Source: Candidatus Aminicenantes bacterium
GTDB lineage: Bacteria > Acidobacteriota > Aminicenantia > Aminicenantales > Saccharicenantaceae
Direction: 5' to 3'
Assembly (NCBI GenBank): GCA_017999365.1
Contig: JAGNLW010000002.1
Coordinates: 160,530-224,529, forward strand
Length of the DNA stretch: 64,000 bases
Shown here: one piece after another, positions 31,800-42,985 of the stretch
How the letters are laid out: the number at the start of each line of letters is the position of its first letter
How positions within the stretch are numbered: position 1 is the stretch's first letter
The notes under the pieces: model-generated
Told to the model about the DNA's origin: nothing
Databases searched by the model: none
What the model saw: only the letters and a program-made list of their open reading frames with translations
Translations under genes and position numbers: made by a program

Positions 31800-34700
31800 T
31801 CAGAACACGAACCTCACGCCGACGCGCCCGGAAATGGGGGCCATGAAGTTGTAGGACATCCCGAACCGCGGATCGAGGGGCTCGTCCGGGGACGGCGCCC
31901 AGTCGGTCGACAGGAGCGCCGCGTCGCCGGGCGAGATGTTGTAGCGGTATTTGAGCGAATAGATCCGCTGGGCCGTCCGGGCGTTGAAGATGTTGTCGAC
32001 GTTGACGTTGAAACGGACGGCCTTGCGGCCGCCGAGCCGGACCTCGTACTCGGCGTAGGCGTTGGCGAAGAAGACGAACGGCGTCCGGCCCATGTTGCCC
32101 CGGTTGAAGGGGAAGTAGCCGACCGAATCGACGTTCCATTCCTCGGTGACCGGAGTGCCGCTGTAGGCGTTGGCGACCATGCCGACAGTCAGGCCGAAGG
32201 GCAGGGCGTAGCTGCCGTAAGCCTTGAGGGAGTGGGTCCGGTCGGTCGGCAGGACCCCGTCGATGGGATTGAGCTCCTTGTCGTAGGACAGGTGCCACAT
32301 GTCGAAGTACCGCTCGCCGTTCGCCGAGTTGCGGCCGTCCTCGTCGGACGAGGCCAGGCCGCTGTAGTTGCCCTCGAGGCGACTGAGGGTGTAGGACAGG
32401 CCGCCCTGCCAGCTGTGGCTGAAGCGCTTCTCGAGCGACAGGTTCATGGCGTAATAGTCCCGCTTGGCCTTGGGCGAATCGGGCGTCCCGGGCAGGAGCA
32501 GGCCGCTCTCGCGGCACTCCTCGAAGATGTTGTGCATGTATTCGCCGCCGGGGTTGCCGTAGTAGAAGTTCTCGATGGGGACGCCGACGTCCTCGATGGC
32601 CCAGAGGACCTTCTTGTTGACCAGGCGCAGGGAGAGCGAGGTGTCCTCGGCCAGCTTCTTCTCGGCCCCGAAGGAGATCTCGCGCTGGGTGAAGGGCTTC
32701 ATGTCGGGGTCGATGACGTCGAACAGGGGCGGCCGGAAATCGATCGTGGTCAGGAGCGTACCGGGGAAATTGCCGTCGATGCCGATCTGGGTGTAGTCCC
32801 AGTCGTCGAGCGTGTAATAGGCGCTCCGCCACTTGAAGCCGCCCAGGCCGTTGGCGCCCATGTTGAGCTTCATGACGTCCGTGAAGATGCCGAAGCTGCC
32901 GTAGATCTTGAGGTTCGAGTCGCCGAAGACGTCGTAGGCGAAGCCGACGCGGGGCGCCAGCTTGTCGGCGAAGGAGAAATTGATCGGCTTCTGGCCGGCG
33001 TAGAGCGGATCGGTCGTGTAGCTCGGCAGGTACTCCGATTCGGCGCGCAGGCCGAGGTTGAGGGTCAGCCGGCCGGCGATCGTCCAGCTGTCCTGGAGGT
33101 AGAGGGACCAGCTGTTCATGTTGACGAGGTAGTTGTCGCCGTAGGGACCGGCGTCGGCGAAGCCGCGGACGGCGTAGTACCCGTAAGTGCCGCGGCCGTA
33201 GTTCGTGCCGTAGGCGTCGAGCTCCTGGTCCCAGCCGAGGAAGACGATGGGCAGTTGGGCCGTCTCGTTGACGTTCTGGGTGCGGCGCATGAACTGGACG
33301 CCGGCCTTGAAGGCGTGCTCGCCGCCGAGGGCGAGGTAGTAGGTGAAGTCGGCGTTGGCGCTGAGGCGGCCGTCCATCCGCTGGACGAGGCCCAGGGTGT
33401 TGGCCCGGGGGAAGTTCTGCCAGCTCGCCGGATGGACGAGCTCGGCCGGGATCTCGGGGAACATGCTGTTCGTGACGCCGGCGTAGCCGCCGGGCTGCTC
33501 GAGGCGGAAGCCGTAATACGGGGTCGCGGGAAGGGGCGCGATGCGGTTGTTCATGTTGCTGTAGAAGTAGCCGCCGCGGACGCTGAGCAGGGCGTTGTTG
33601 CTGAGGGTCAGGTCGGCGTAGGCCGTGACCGAATAGTTCGGGTAGGAGTAGCCGAGGTTGTTGTAGTCGCCCGTGGCGTTGGAGGTGGCGGCGTAGGTCT
33701 GGTCGGACGGGTAGACCATGGGATCGCTGCCGCCCTTGTACTTGAACAGGTTCATGACGAAGCTGGCCCCGGCCCGCAGGTTCTTGAGGGGCTGGGCGGT
33801 CATCTTGAAGGAGGCGTTCCAGCTCGTCTCGGTCCGGTCGTAGGTGTTGACGGCATCGACGCTCTGGATGGCCATGTCCATGACCCGGTTCCGCTTGAAG
33901 ATGCTCGGCGTGAAGGCCCCGAAGAACCACAGGCGGTCCTTGACGACGTAGCCGCCGAGCAGGAACCCGGCCTCGTAGGCGTGCTCGGTGTCCTTGCCGA
34001 CGTACTCGTCGTAGGGGTAGTAGCGGGCCAGGGTGTCGTCGGAGAGGTCGAGCGACAACCGGTCGCGGCGCTTCCCTTCCAGGCCCGTGCCCGAATAGTA
34101 GCCGATGAGCTCGCCGTGGAAGGCGTTGCCGCCGGAGCGGGTGATGACGTTGACGACGCCGCCGACCGAGCCGCCGTACTCGGCGTTATAGCCGGAGGCC
34201 TTGAACTGGACCTCCTCGGCGAAATCGAAGACCACGTTCTGCTTGCGCGTCCCGCCGTTGAGGTCCGAGGTGTCCGTGCCGTCGACGAAAAAAACGTTCT
34301 CGGCCCCCGAGGCGCCGTCGACGGAGATGCCGTCGAGGAGGTCGTCCTCGCCCTGGACCCCCGGCAGGATGGTCACCAGGGAGTCGAAGCTGCGGCCCTT
34401 GGGCAGGGCGTTGAAGGTCTCGGCCGTCAGGACCTGGCCGCGGGCCGTGTTCTTGACGTCGATGAGGGGGGACTGGCCGACGACGACGACCTCGTTCTCG
34501 ATGGCGCTGGGCTTCATGGCGATGTCCACGACCAGGGCCTGCTCGACGGACAGGACGATGTCGTTGCGGACGACGGCGCTGAAGCCGTTCAGGCTATAAG
34601 TGATGGTGTAGGCCCCCGGCGGGAGGGCCAGGAGGCGGTAGCTGCCGTTCGTGTCCGAGACGGTCGCCGCCGTGCCCACGAGGCGCGGGCTCTTGGCCTC

Positions 34701-34844
34701 CACCGAGACCCCGGGGAGCGGGGCTCCCTGGTCGTCCTTGATCGAACCGATGATCCTGCCGGCTGTCGGAGCCTGGGCGGAGAGGACCCCGGCCAGGAGA
34801 AGCACGGCGACCGCGAGGGCGCCGAATGATCTGAGAGACTTCAT
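31800..34844 (-). CDS. TonB-dependent receptor with N-terminal carboxypeptidase-regulatory-like domain
   Basis: Signal peptide, CarboxypepD_reg-like N-domain, TonB-plug region, 22-strand-barrel-length beta-rich body, C-terminal ...GVRFVF. Confidence 0.9.
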   Translation of the reverse strand: MKSLRSFGALAVAVLLLAGVLSAQAPTAGRIIGSIKDDQGAPLPGVSVEAKSPRLVGTAATVSDTNGSYRLLALPPGAYTITYSLNGFSAVVRNDIVLSVEQALVVDIAMKPSAIENEVVVVGQSPLIDVKNTARGQVLTAETFNALPKGRSFDSLVTILPGVQGEDDLLDGISVDGASGAENVFFVDGTDTSDLNGGTRKQNVVFDFAEEVQFKASGYNAEYGGSVGGVVNVITRSGGNAFHGELIGYYSGTGLEGKRRDRLSLDLSDDTLARYYPYDEYVGKDTEHAYEAGFLLGGYVVKDRLWFFGAFTPSIFKRNRVMDMAIQSVDAVNTYDRTETSWNASFKMTAQPLKNLRAGASFVMNLFKYKGGSDPMVYPSDQTYAATSNATGDYNNLGYSYPNYSVTAYADLTLSNNALLSVRGGYFYSNMNNRIAPLPATPYYGFRLEQPGGYAGVTNSMFPEIPAELVHPASWQNFPRANTLGLVQRMDGRLSANADFTYYLALGGEHAFKAGVQFMRRTQNVNETAQLPIVFLGWDQELDAYGTNYGRGTYGYYAVRGFADAGPYGDNYLVNMNSWSLYLQDSWTIAGRLTLNLGLRAESEYLPSYTTDPLYAGQKPINFSFADKLAPRVGFAYDVFGDSNLKIYGSFGIFTDVMKLNMGANGLGGFKWRSAYYTLDDWDYTQIGIDGNFPGTLLTTIDFRPPLFDVIDPDMKPFTQREISFGAEKKLAEDTSLSLRLVNKKVLWAIEDVGVPIENFYYGNPGGEYMHNIFEECRESGLLLPGTPDSPKAKRDYYAMNLSLEKRFSHSWQGGLSYTLSRLEGNYSGLASSDEDGRNSANGERYFDMWHLSYDKELNPIDGVLPTDRTHSLKAYGSYALPFGLTVGMVANAYSGTPVTEEWNVDSVGYFPFNRGNMGRTPFVFFANAYAEYEVRLGGRKAVRFNVNVDNIFNARTAQRIYSLKYRYNISPGDAALLSTDWAPSPDEPLDPRFGMSYNFMAPISGRVGVRFVF

Positions 34845-35169
34845 GGTTTCTCCTTATCCCGGACCGTAACCCATCGAGGGCCGGCCGGGCTGTTCTCTCT
34901 GTCCGCGCGCCGGGCTGGGGAGCCGGCGCGTCCGGATGTCTTCGCTCGGAGCGACCCTGCGGATCGCCCCCGACCCTGGGGAATGCGTGCGTCTTCGAGC
35001 GGAGTGGCCACCACCTCCTTATTCGCGAGGATAGATGCGTCCATGGTCGTCCCGGTCTTTTTCGTCACGCTTCCACGATAGGCCGGGCGCGGCGGGAGTA
35101 AATGGGTAAAGCGGCCCATTCCCCCATATGAACCGATAGGCCTAGATCCGAATTCGACCGGCTTTCTCC

Positions 35170-35340
35170 GGATTCCGGGAATCCCTCTCTCGGGCTTTGG
35201 CTCGGGGATATCCTCTGGCTCCCCGGCCCCCCGGGGAATCCGTTCGCACGGTTCCCCCCCGCTGCGCGGGTCCCCTCCTCCAGCAACGGGGATCTGCGAG
35301 GACAATCCCCTTCGCCGCCTCGAGAGGGATCGCATCCCTC
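35170..35340. promoter_or_regulatory. cluster of short palindromes sharing GGGAT/ATCCC or GGAATCC half-sites in divergent promoter region
   Basis: GGATTCC-G-GGAATCC (35173-35187), GGGGATATCC (35205-35214), CCCCGG-ccc-CCGGGG (35226-35240), GGGGAT-N-ATCCCC (35289-35317), GAGGGAT-CGC-ATCCCTC (35321-35337). Confidence 0.35.
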
Positions 35341-35442
35341 AGATGTCTCGTGTATTCAACAAACCTGGATGGACTAGAGAATAGGTAATGTGCCTCCGAT
35401 TTGGTATAAAATGAGGGCTCGAACCTGCGGATGGAGGCGGAC

Positions 35443-36675
35443 ATGAGATACGGAGTCGGAGCGGCGATCCTGATCGTGGTCCTGGCGGCGGCCTGCGCCA
35501 AGCCGGCCAAGGCCCCGGAGGGCGTCCTGTTCAAGGACGACCTGGCCTTTCTCGAACGGCACACCAAGCCGGTCGTCCTCGGCGACGCGGCCGGCCAGGC
35601 CCTGGTCGCGGTCAGCCCCGACCTCCAGGGCCGGGTCATGACCAGCACGGCCGGCGGCCCGGACGGGTTGAGCTTCGGCTGGATCGGGCGCGAGGCCATC
35701 GCCTCGGGCGTCAACAACGCGCACATGAACTCGTTCGGCGGCGAGGACCGTTTCTGGCTCGGCCCGGAGGGCGGCCAGTTCTCGATCTTCTTCAAGCCGG
35801 GCGAGCCGTTCGACCTCGACCACTGGTGGACGCCGGCCCCGGTCAACGAGGGGGCCTTCGACGTCGCGGCCGTGGAGAAGGACCGCGTCCTCTTCCGCAA
35901 GGTCCTGGGCCTTCTGAACTACTCGGGAACGCGGTTCGACCTCGCGGTCGACCGGGAGGTCCGCCTGCTCGGCGAAGCCGAGGTCGAGGCCCTGGGCGTG
36001 CCCGTCCCGGACGGCGTCAGGATGGTCGCCTACGCCTCCCGCAACACCGTCACCAACACGGGCGCCGACGCCTGGGCCAGGGAGACGGGGCTGCTGTCGG
36101 TCTGGATCCTGGGCATGTTCAACCCCTCCCCGGAGACCACCATCGTCGTCCCCTTCAAGCCCGGGCCGGAGTCGGAGCTCGGGCCGGCCGTCAACGACGC
36201 CTATTTCGGCAAGGTCCCGGCCGACCGGCTGGTCGTCCGGGAGAGCGAGGGCGTGCTCTTCTTCAGCGGCGACGGCCGCTACCGCAGCAAGATCGGCATC
36301 TCGCCGCGCCGGGCCAGGCCTTTCGCCGGGAGCTACGACGCCGGGAGCGGCGCGCTCACGGTCGTCCACCTGACGCTCCCCGAGGGGGCGACGGACTACG
36401 TCAACTCGATGTGGGAGATCCAGAAGGAGCCCTTCGCCGGGGACGCCGTCAACAGCTACAACGACGGGCCGGCCGCGCCCGGGGCCAAGCCGCTCGGGCC
36501 GTTCTACGAGCTCGAGTCGTCGTCGCCGGCCGCGGCCCTGGCGCCCGGCGGGTCTCTGACCCACGTCCACACGACCGTGCACTTCACGGGCCCGGAGAAG
36601 GACCTCGACGCCATCGCCCGGAAGGTCTTCGGCGTCGGAGTGGCGGACATCGAGAGCGCCCTGAAGAAGAAGTAG
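35443..36675 (+). CDS. hypothetical lipoprotein
   Basis: Signal peptide + lipobox (VLAAACAK); complex composition; no recognizable catalytic motif. Confidence 0.6.
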   Translation: MRYGVGAAILIVVLAAACAKPAKAPEGVLFKDDLAFLERHTKPVVLGDAAGQALVAVSPDLQGRVMTSTAGGPDGLSFGWIGREAIASGVNNAHMNSFGGEDRFWLGPEGGQFSIFFKPGEPFDLDHWWTPAPVNEGAFDVAAVEKDRVLFRKVLGLLNYSGTRFDLAVDREVRLLGEAEVEALGVPVPDGVRMVAYASRNTVTNTGADAWARETGLLSVWILGMFNPSPETTIVVPFKPGPESELGPAVNDAYFGKVPADRLVVRESEGVLFFSGDGRYRSKIGISPRRARPFAGSYDAGSGALTVVHLTLPEGATDYVNSMWEIQKEPFAGDAVNSYNDGPAAPGAKPLGPFYELESSSPAAALAPGGSLTHVHTTVHFTGPEKDLDAIARKVFGVGVADIESALKKK

Positions 36676-36722
36676 GGCGGCCCGGCCGCCGGACGCCCCG
36701 CAAGCCCTCGGAAACCGGCTCT

Positions 36723-36763
36723 TGACATCTGTTCCTTACGAATTGTATCTTCTTTGTAGATAC
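36723..36763 (+). promoter_or_regulatory. promoter (TTGACA-N17-TATCTT) overlapped by inverted repeat GTATCT-N7-AGATAC, probable MazE autoregulatory operator
   Basis: -35 at 36723-36728, -10 at 36746-36751, IR at 36745-36763, 15 nt before mazE ATG. Confidence 0.4.
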
Positions 36764-36777
36764 ACTGAAGAGCAACC

Positions 36778-37002
36778 ATGAAGACGCGCATCCTCAAATG
36801 GGGCAACAGCCTGGCCGTGCGCATCCCCAAGTCGTTCGCCGCCGAGCTCGGCTGGCGGGAGGGCACCCCGGTGGAGATGGCCGTCGACGGCGGCGCCCTC
36901 GTCGTCCGCACCGACACCGAGAGGACCTGGGACCTCGGCGAGCTCCTGGACAAGGTGACCGACGAGAACGTCCATCCGGCCTGGGAGACCGAGGTCCCGT
37001 GA
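36778..37002 (+). CDS. mazE: MazE/AbrB-fold antitoxin
   Basis: MKTRILKWGNSLAVRIPK signature of MazE/SpoVT-AbrB antitoxins. Confidence 0.85.
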   Translation: MKTRILKWGNSLAVRIPKSFAAELGWREGTPVEMAVDGGALVVRTDTERTWDLGELLDKVTDENVHPAWETEVP

Positions 37003-37340
37003 AGACCGTCTTCTACGTCCCCGAGCGCGGCGACCTGGTCCTCGTCACGTTCGCGCCGAGAAGCGGCCGGGGGGCGGCCGGCCGGAGGCCGGCCGCCGTC
37101 CTGTCGCCGCAAGCCTATAACGGCCGCGTCGGGCTGGCCCTGCTCTGCCCCGTCGTCACCGAGGTCACGGGCTATCCGTTCGAGGTGCCCCTGCCGCCGG
37201 GCCTTCCCGTCCAGGGCGTCCTGCTGGCCGATCAGGCCGAGTGCTTCGACTGGCGGGCCCTCAGGGCCGAACGCCTCGCCTCCCTCCCCGTGGATGTCGT
37301 CGAGGAAGCCCTCGGCAAGCTCCGGGCCCTCCTCGCCTGA
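36999..37340 (+). CDS. mazF: MazF/PemK-family toxin
   Basis: GTG start overlapping mazE stop (GTGA); VPERGDLVLVTF...PAAVLSP...LLCPVVT PemK-like pattern. Confidence 0.75.
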   Translation: MKTVFYVPERGDLVLVTFAPRSGRGAAGRRPAAVLSPQAYNGRVGLALLCPVVTEVTGYPFEVPLPPGLPVQGVLLADQAECFDWRALRAERLASLPVDVVEEALGKLRALLA

Positions 37341-37532
37341 GCGGGGCGGCCGCAAGCCGCCTGTCAAGAATCTTTACGCCGGCGATGATGGGACACCGTG
37401 CGACATCGTGGCGCAACGTGCGCAAAGATGCGCATCCCTGTTGACAGTAATCCGGCCCGGTCCCATTTTGTGGATGGGTCCGAGATCGGATAGGCCGTCC
37501 GGCGCCGATCCGGGCACAGATGAGAACGGTCC

Positions 37533-37850
37533 ATGCGGAACTTCCAGAAGCCCCCGTCCTCGGACATGGGATTCGGGGGCAGGGCCTTGAGGGAGGCCAA
37601 GCTCCAGCGGCATTTCGACCACGCCGCCTACGGGTTCTACGTCAGGTATTGCGGCGATCCGCCCGAGCTCGGCCTCCAGGAATTCCTGGCCCGGTTCGAG
37701 CGGGCCGTCGTATTCGAAACCCTGCTCCGGTCCAACGGCTGCCAGAAGGACACGGCGGCCTTTCTCGGGCTGAAGAAGCAGACCCTGAACTGGAAGGTCA
37801 AGCGGCAGCACATCCTGATCACCAAGCGGATCGTCAAGCAGCCGATGTAG
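37533..37850 (+). CDS. small Fis-family HTH DNA-binding protein
   Basis: C-terminal FERAVVFETLLRSNGCQKDTAAFLGLKKQTLNWKVKRQ matches Fis/NtrC-type HTH; lower local GC; competes with overlapping N-terminal extension of 37520 ORF. Confidence 0.55.
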   Translation: MRNFQKPPSSDMGFGGRALREAKLQRHFDHAAYGFYVRYCGDPPELGLQEFLARFERAVVFETLLRSNGCQKDTAAFLGLKKQTLNWKVKRQHILITKRIVKQPM

Positions 37851-37879
37851 CGATAGAGAGCTTTTCCGTCACGGAGGGG

Positions 37880-38701
37880 GTGACCGTGGGGAAAGGGCGG
37901 AAGAGGGAGCCCGCGGCCCGCGCGATCGCCGTCCTCGCTGCGGCCGTCTTGGCCGTCCTGGGCTTGGCGGCCTCGACCCCGGCCGGGGACGAAGGGAGAG
38001 GCCCGGACGCCAAAAGCCCGCCGACCGGGAACCGGATCGTCCTGGGCGATTCCCCGGGAGCGCGGGCGGCCGCTCCCCTGCTGGCCCGATTGTGGGCCTC
38101 GGGCTTCTTCAAGCGGAACGAGGCCGTCCTGCGGGAACTGGCCAACAACGACTACGCGTTCTTCGGCCGGGGCGCTCCCCGGGCTCCGGCCGGGGTCCGC
38201 GGCCTGGCCTGCTTCTCCCGGACGGCGGGGAAACGGGACGCCGTCTATCTGAACAAGGACCTGTTCGCCCATTTCGACGTCGGCCTGGACGGGGTCGTCG
38301 AGCGCGTCGACGTCGGCGACCGCGTCATGCCGGTCCTCGTCCACGAGATCTGCCACGACCTGTGGGCCAACGTCCTCGACGAGCGGGAGCGGGCCGCGTT
38401 CTCCCGCGAGGGCGAGGCCTTCATGCGCGATTACCGGAGGGCCCTGACCGCGGACGAGGTCCGCCGGTTCCTGGCCGGGGCCGGGGACGACGCCGCCGAC
38501 CCCCGCTGTCTGCGCTCGTACGCCGGCATCGGCGACATCCTGGCGGCCAATCCGACCAGGGCCATGTGCGGGCACGAGATGTTCGCCTGGCTCGCCGAGA
38601 GGCTGTTCACGACCCGGGCCCTCATCCCCTGCCCTCTGCGCAAGTACTACGCCTGCGTCCTCGCCGGGGTGCCGCCGGCGGACGGGACCTCCCCGAGATA
38701 G
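37880..38701 (+). CDS. secreted putative zinc metallopeptidase (HExxH)
   Basis: GTG start after GGAGGGGG RBS; signal peptide; VLVHEICHDLW HExxH motif plus downstream GHEMFAW. Confidence 0.55.
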   Translation: MTVGKGRKREPAARAIAVLAAAVLAVLGLAASTPAGDEGRGPDAKSPPTGNRIVLGDSPGARAAAPLLARLWASGFFKRNEAVLRELANNDYAFFGRGAPRAPAGVRGLACFSRTAGKRDAVYLNKDLFAHFDVGLDGVVERVDVGDRVMPVLVHEICHDLWANVLDERERAAFSREGEAFMRDYRRALTADEVRRFLAGAGDDAADPRCLRSYAGIGDILAANPTRAMCGHEMFAWLAERLFTTRALIPCPLRKYYACVLAGVPPADGTSPR

Positions 38702-38726
38702 CGGGGCGACGAAGGGATACCAGGCG

Positions 38727-39638
38727 ATGACCGGACATGGGCGCCGGCGTTTTCCCGTCGCCTTGGCGTTGGCCCTGTCCGCGAACCTCGCCGCGGCCGG
38801 CGCTGCGGCACGGCCCCCGGAGGACGCCGCCAAGCGGCTCTGCCGGGCGGCCCGCGAAGGCGACGTCCCCACGGTCGTCAAGGTCCTCCGCGTCTCGCCC
38901 GATGCGGTGGCCGAGGCCGACCAGTTCGGGTACACGGCCCTCCACTGGGCCGCCCTGTGCGGCCGCCGGGAAGTCCTCGACCTCCTGCTCGCCGCCGGGG
39001 CCTAGACCGGCGTCCCGGCCGGCGACGAGGGGCGCACGCCCCTCTATCTGGCCTCGCTGCGAGGGCGGGACGAGATCGTCGGGGCCCTGCTGGGCGCGGG
39101 CGCGGCAGTGAACGGCCGGGATCGGACGGGGCGGACGGCGGTCCACGCCGCCGCCGATCAGGGACAGGCCCAGGTCTTGGAGCGGCTCATCGGCCAAGGG
39201 GGCATGGTCGACGTCCGCGACGACGAGGGCTTGACGCCTCTCCACTTGGCCTGCCAGGGCGGCCACGAGCTCGCCGCCCGCCTGCTCGCGGAGCACGGGG
39301 CCGCCGTCGATCCCGTCGACGGCTTCGGGGAAACGCCGCTCCATTTGGCGTCGCTGACCGGGAACTGCCGCCTGGCGGCCCTTCTCCTCGAACGGGGCGC
39401 CGCGCTCGAGACCCGGGACGGCGGCGGCTCGACGCCGCTCCTCCGGGCCGCCCGGAGCGGCCATGTCGCGTTCGCCCGGGACCTCATCGCCGCCGGCGCC
39501 GACATCGACGCCAAGGACGCCTCGGGCCGGACGGCCCTCGATTACGCCCGCCTGTTCGCCTTCGACGACCTCGTCGCCCTGCTCCAAAAACGGGGCAAAA
39601 ATGGGGGACATGATACCTATTTCCCAATTATTAATTAG
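38727..39638 (+). pseudogene. secreted ankyrin-repeat protein interrupted by a single in-frame TAG (39003-39005)
   Basis: ORFs 38727-39005 and 39108-39638 are in the same frame; the codons between them translate as continuous ankyrin repeats (TGVPAGDEGRTPLYLASLRGRDEIVGALLGAGAAVNGRDRTGRTAVH...). Confidence 0.5.
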
Positions 39639-39658
39639 GAAATAGGTATCATGTCCCC
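39604..39658 (-). terminator. rho-independent terminator: perfect 21-bp inverted repeat + 13-nt AT loop, T5 tract on minus strand
   Basis: GGGGACATGATACCTATTTCC caattattaatta GGAAATAGGTATCATGTCCCC; on minus strand followed by TTTTT (39596-39600); directly after trmN6-like gene stop; overlaps ankyrin gene 3' end. Confidence 0.65.
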
Positions 39659-40385
39659 GAATTAGCCGGAGAAGACGGCCTCGGCCGCGGCCGTGTAATG
39701 GCCGTCGGGGCCGAAGAGGACGAGGGGCGGCATGACTTCCGGCCCGGCGCCTGCCGGTTCCCCCGCCCCCCCCTTCGCCAGCTCGACGAGGATCAGGTTG
39801 GCCGGCGCGCCTTCGCGGGGATGGACGAAGCGCAGGCGCCGCGGGCCGAGCCCCGCCTCCTGCGCCGCGGCCAGCAGGTCGGCCCGCCGTCTCTCCGGAT
39901 AGACGAAGCAAGCCCGTCCGCCGGGCGCGAGCCACTCGGCGGTCCGCTCCGTGATCTCGGCGATCGTGCCGTGGAGTTCGTGCTTGGCCGCGGACCTTTC
40001 GGCCGACGGGCCGAGGAAGCCGGTCGCGCCCTTGATGTAGGGCGGGTTCGAGAAGACGAGGTCGAAAGTCCTCCCAGGGTCGTAGGTCCTGAGGTCCCCT
40101 TCGACGACCTCGATCCGGCCGCCCAGGCCGTTCAGCTCGACGTTGCGCCGGGCCAGGTCGGCCAGCCCCGGTTGGATCTCGAGCGCCGTGACGCGTCTGA
40201 ACGGCTTAACGCTCAGGAGCAGGGCCACGACGCCGCTCCCCGTCCCGATCTCGAGGGCCTCGTCGCCCTCCCGCGTCCGGATGAAGTCCGCGAGAAGCGG
40301 CGCGTCGACGGAGAACCGGTAGCCCTTCTTCCGCTGGAGGACGCGGACGCGCCCGTGGTAGAAGGCGTCGAGGGTCTCGCCGCCG

Positions 40386-42985
<2,600 letters not shown>

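Noticed and set aside
31734-34829. 1031-aa plus ORF and 716-aa minus ORF (31780-33930) overlapping the TonB-dependent receptor
   Set aside because: Low-complexity; the receptor frame has signal peptide, plug/barrel features and C-terminal Phe
34845-35100. Possible cobalamin riboswitch in the TonB receptor 5' leader (GCCACTC resembles the B12-box GCCACTG on the minus strand)
   Set aside because: No surrounding conserved B12 riboswitch core (GGTGNAA...CC, AGYCMGG) or consistent pairing found by eye; needs Rfam scan before claiming
35400-35480. tRNA-like 3' end (…GGTTCGAGCCCTCATTTTATACCA on minus strand)
   Set aside because: T-stem does not pair (GCAGG vs CCTCA), no matching 5' acceptor strand, and it overlaps the start of the 35443 lipoprotein gene
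37520-37879. N-terminal 120 aa of the 393-aa ORF 37520-38701
   Set aside because: Arg/Pro/Gly-rich low-complexity in this part, whereas the overlapping 37533-37850 frame gives a Fis-type HTH protein; HExxH protein more plausibly starts at GTG 37880 after a strong RBS
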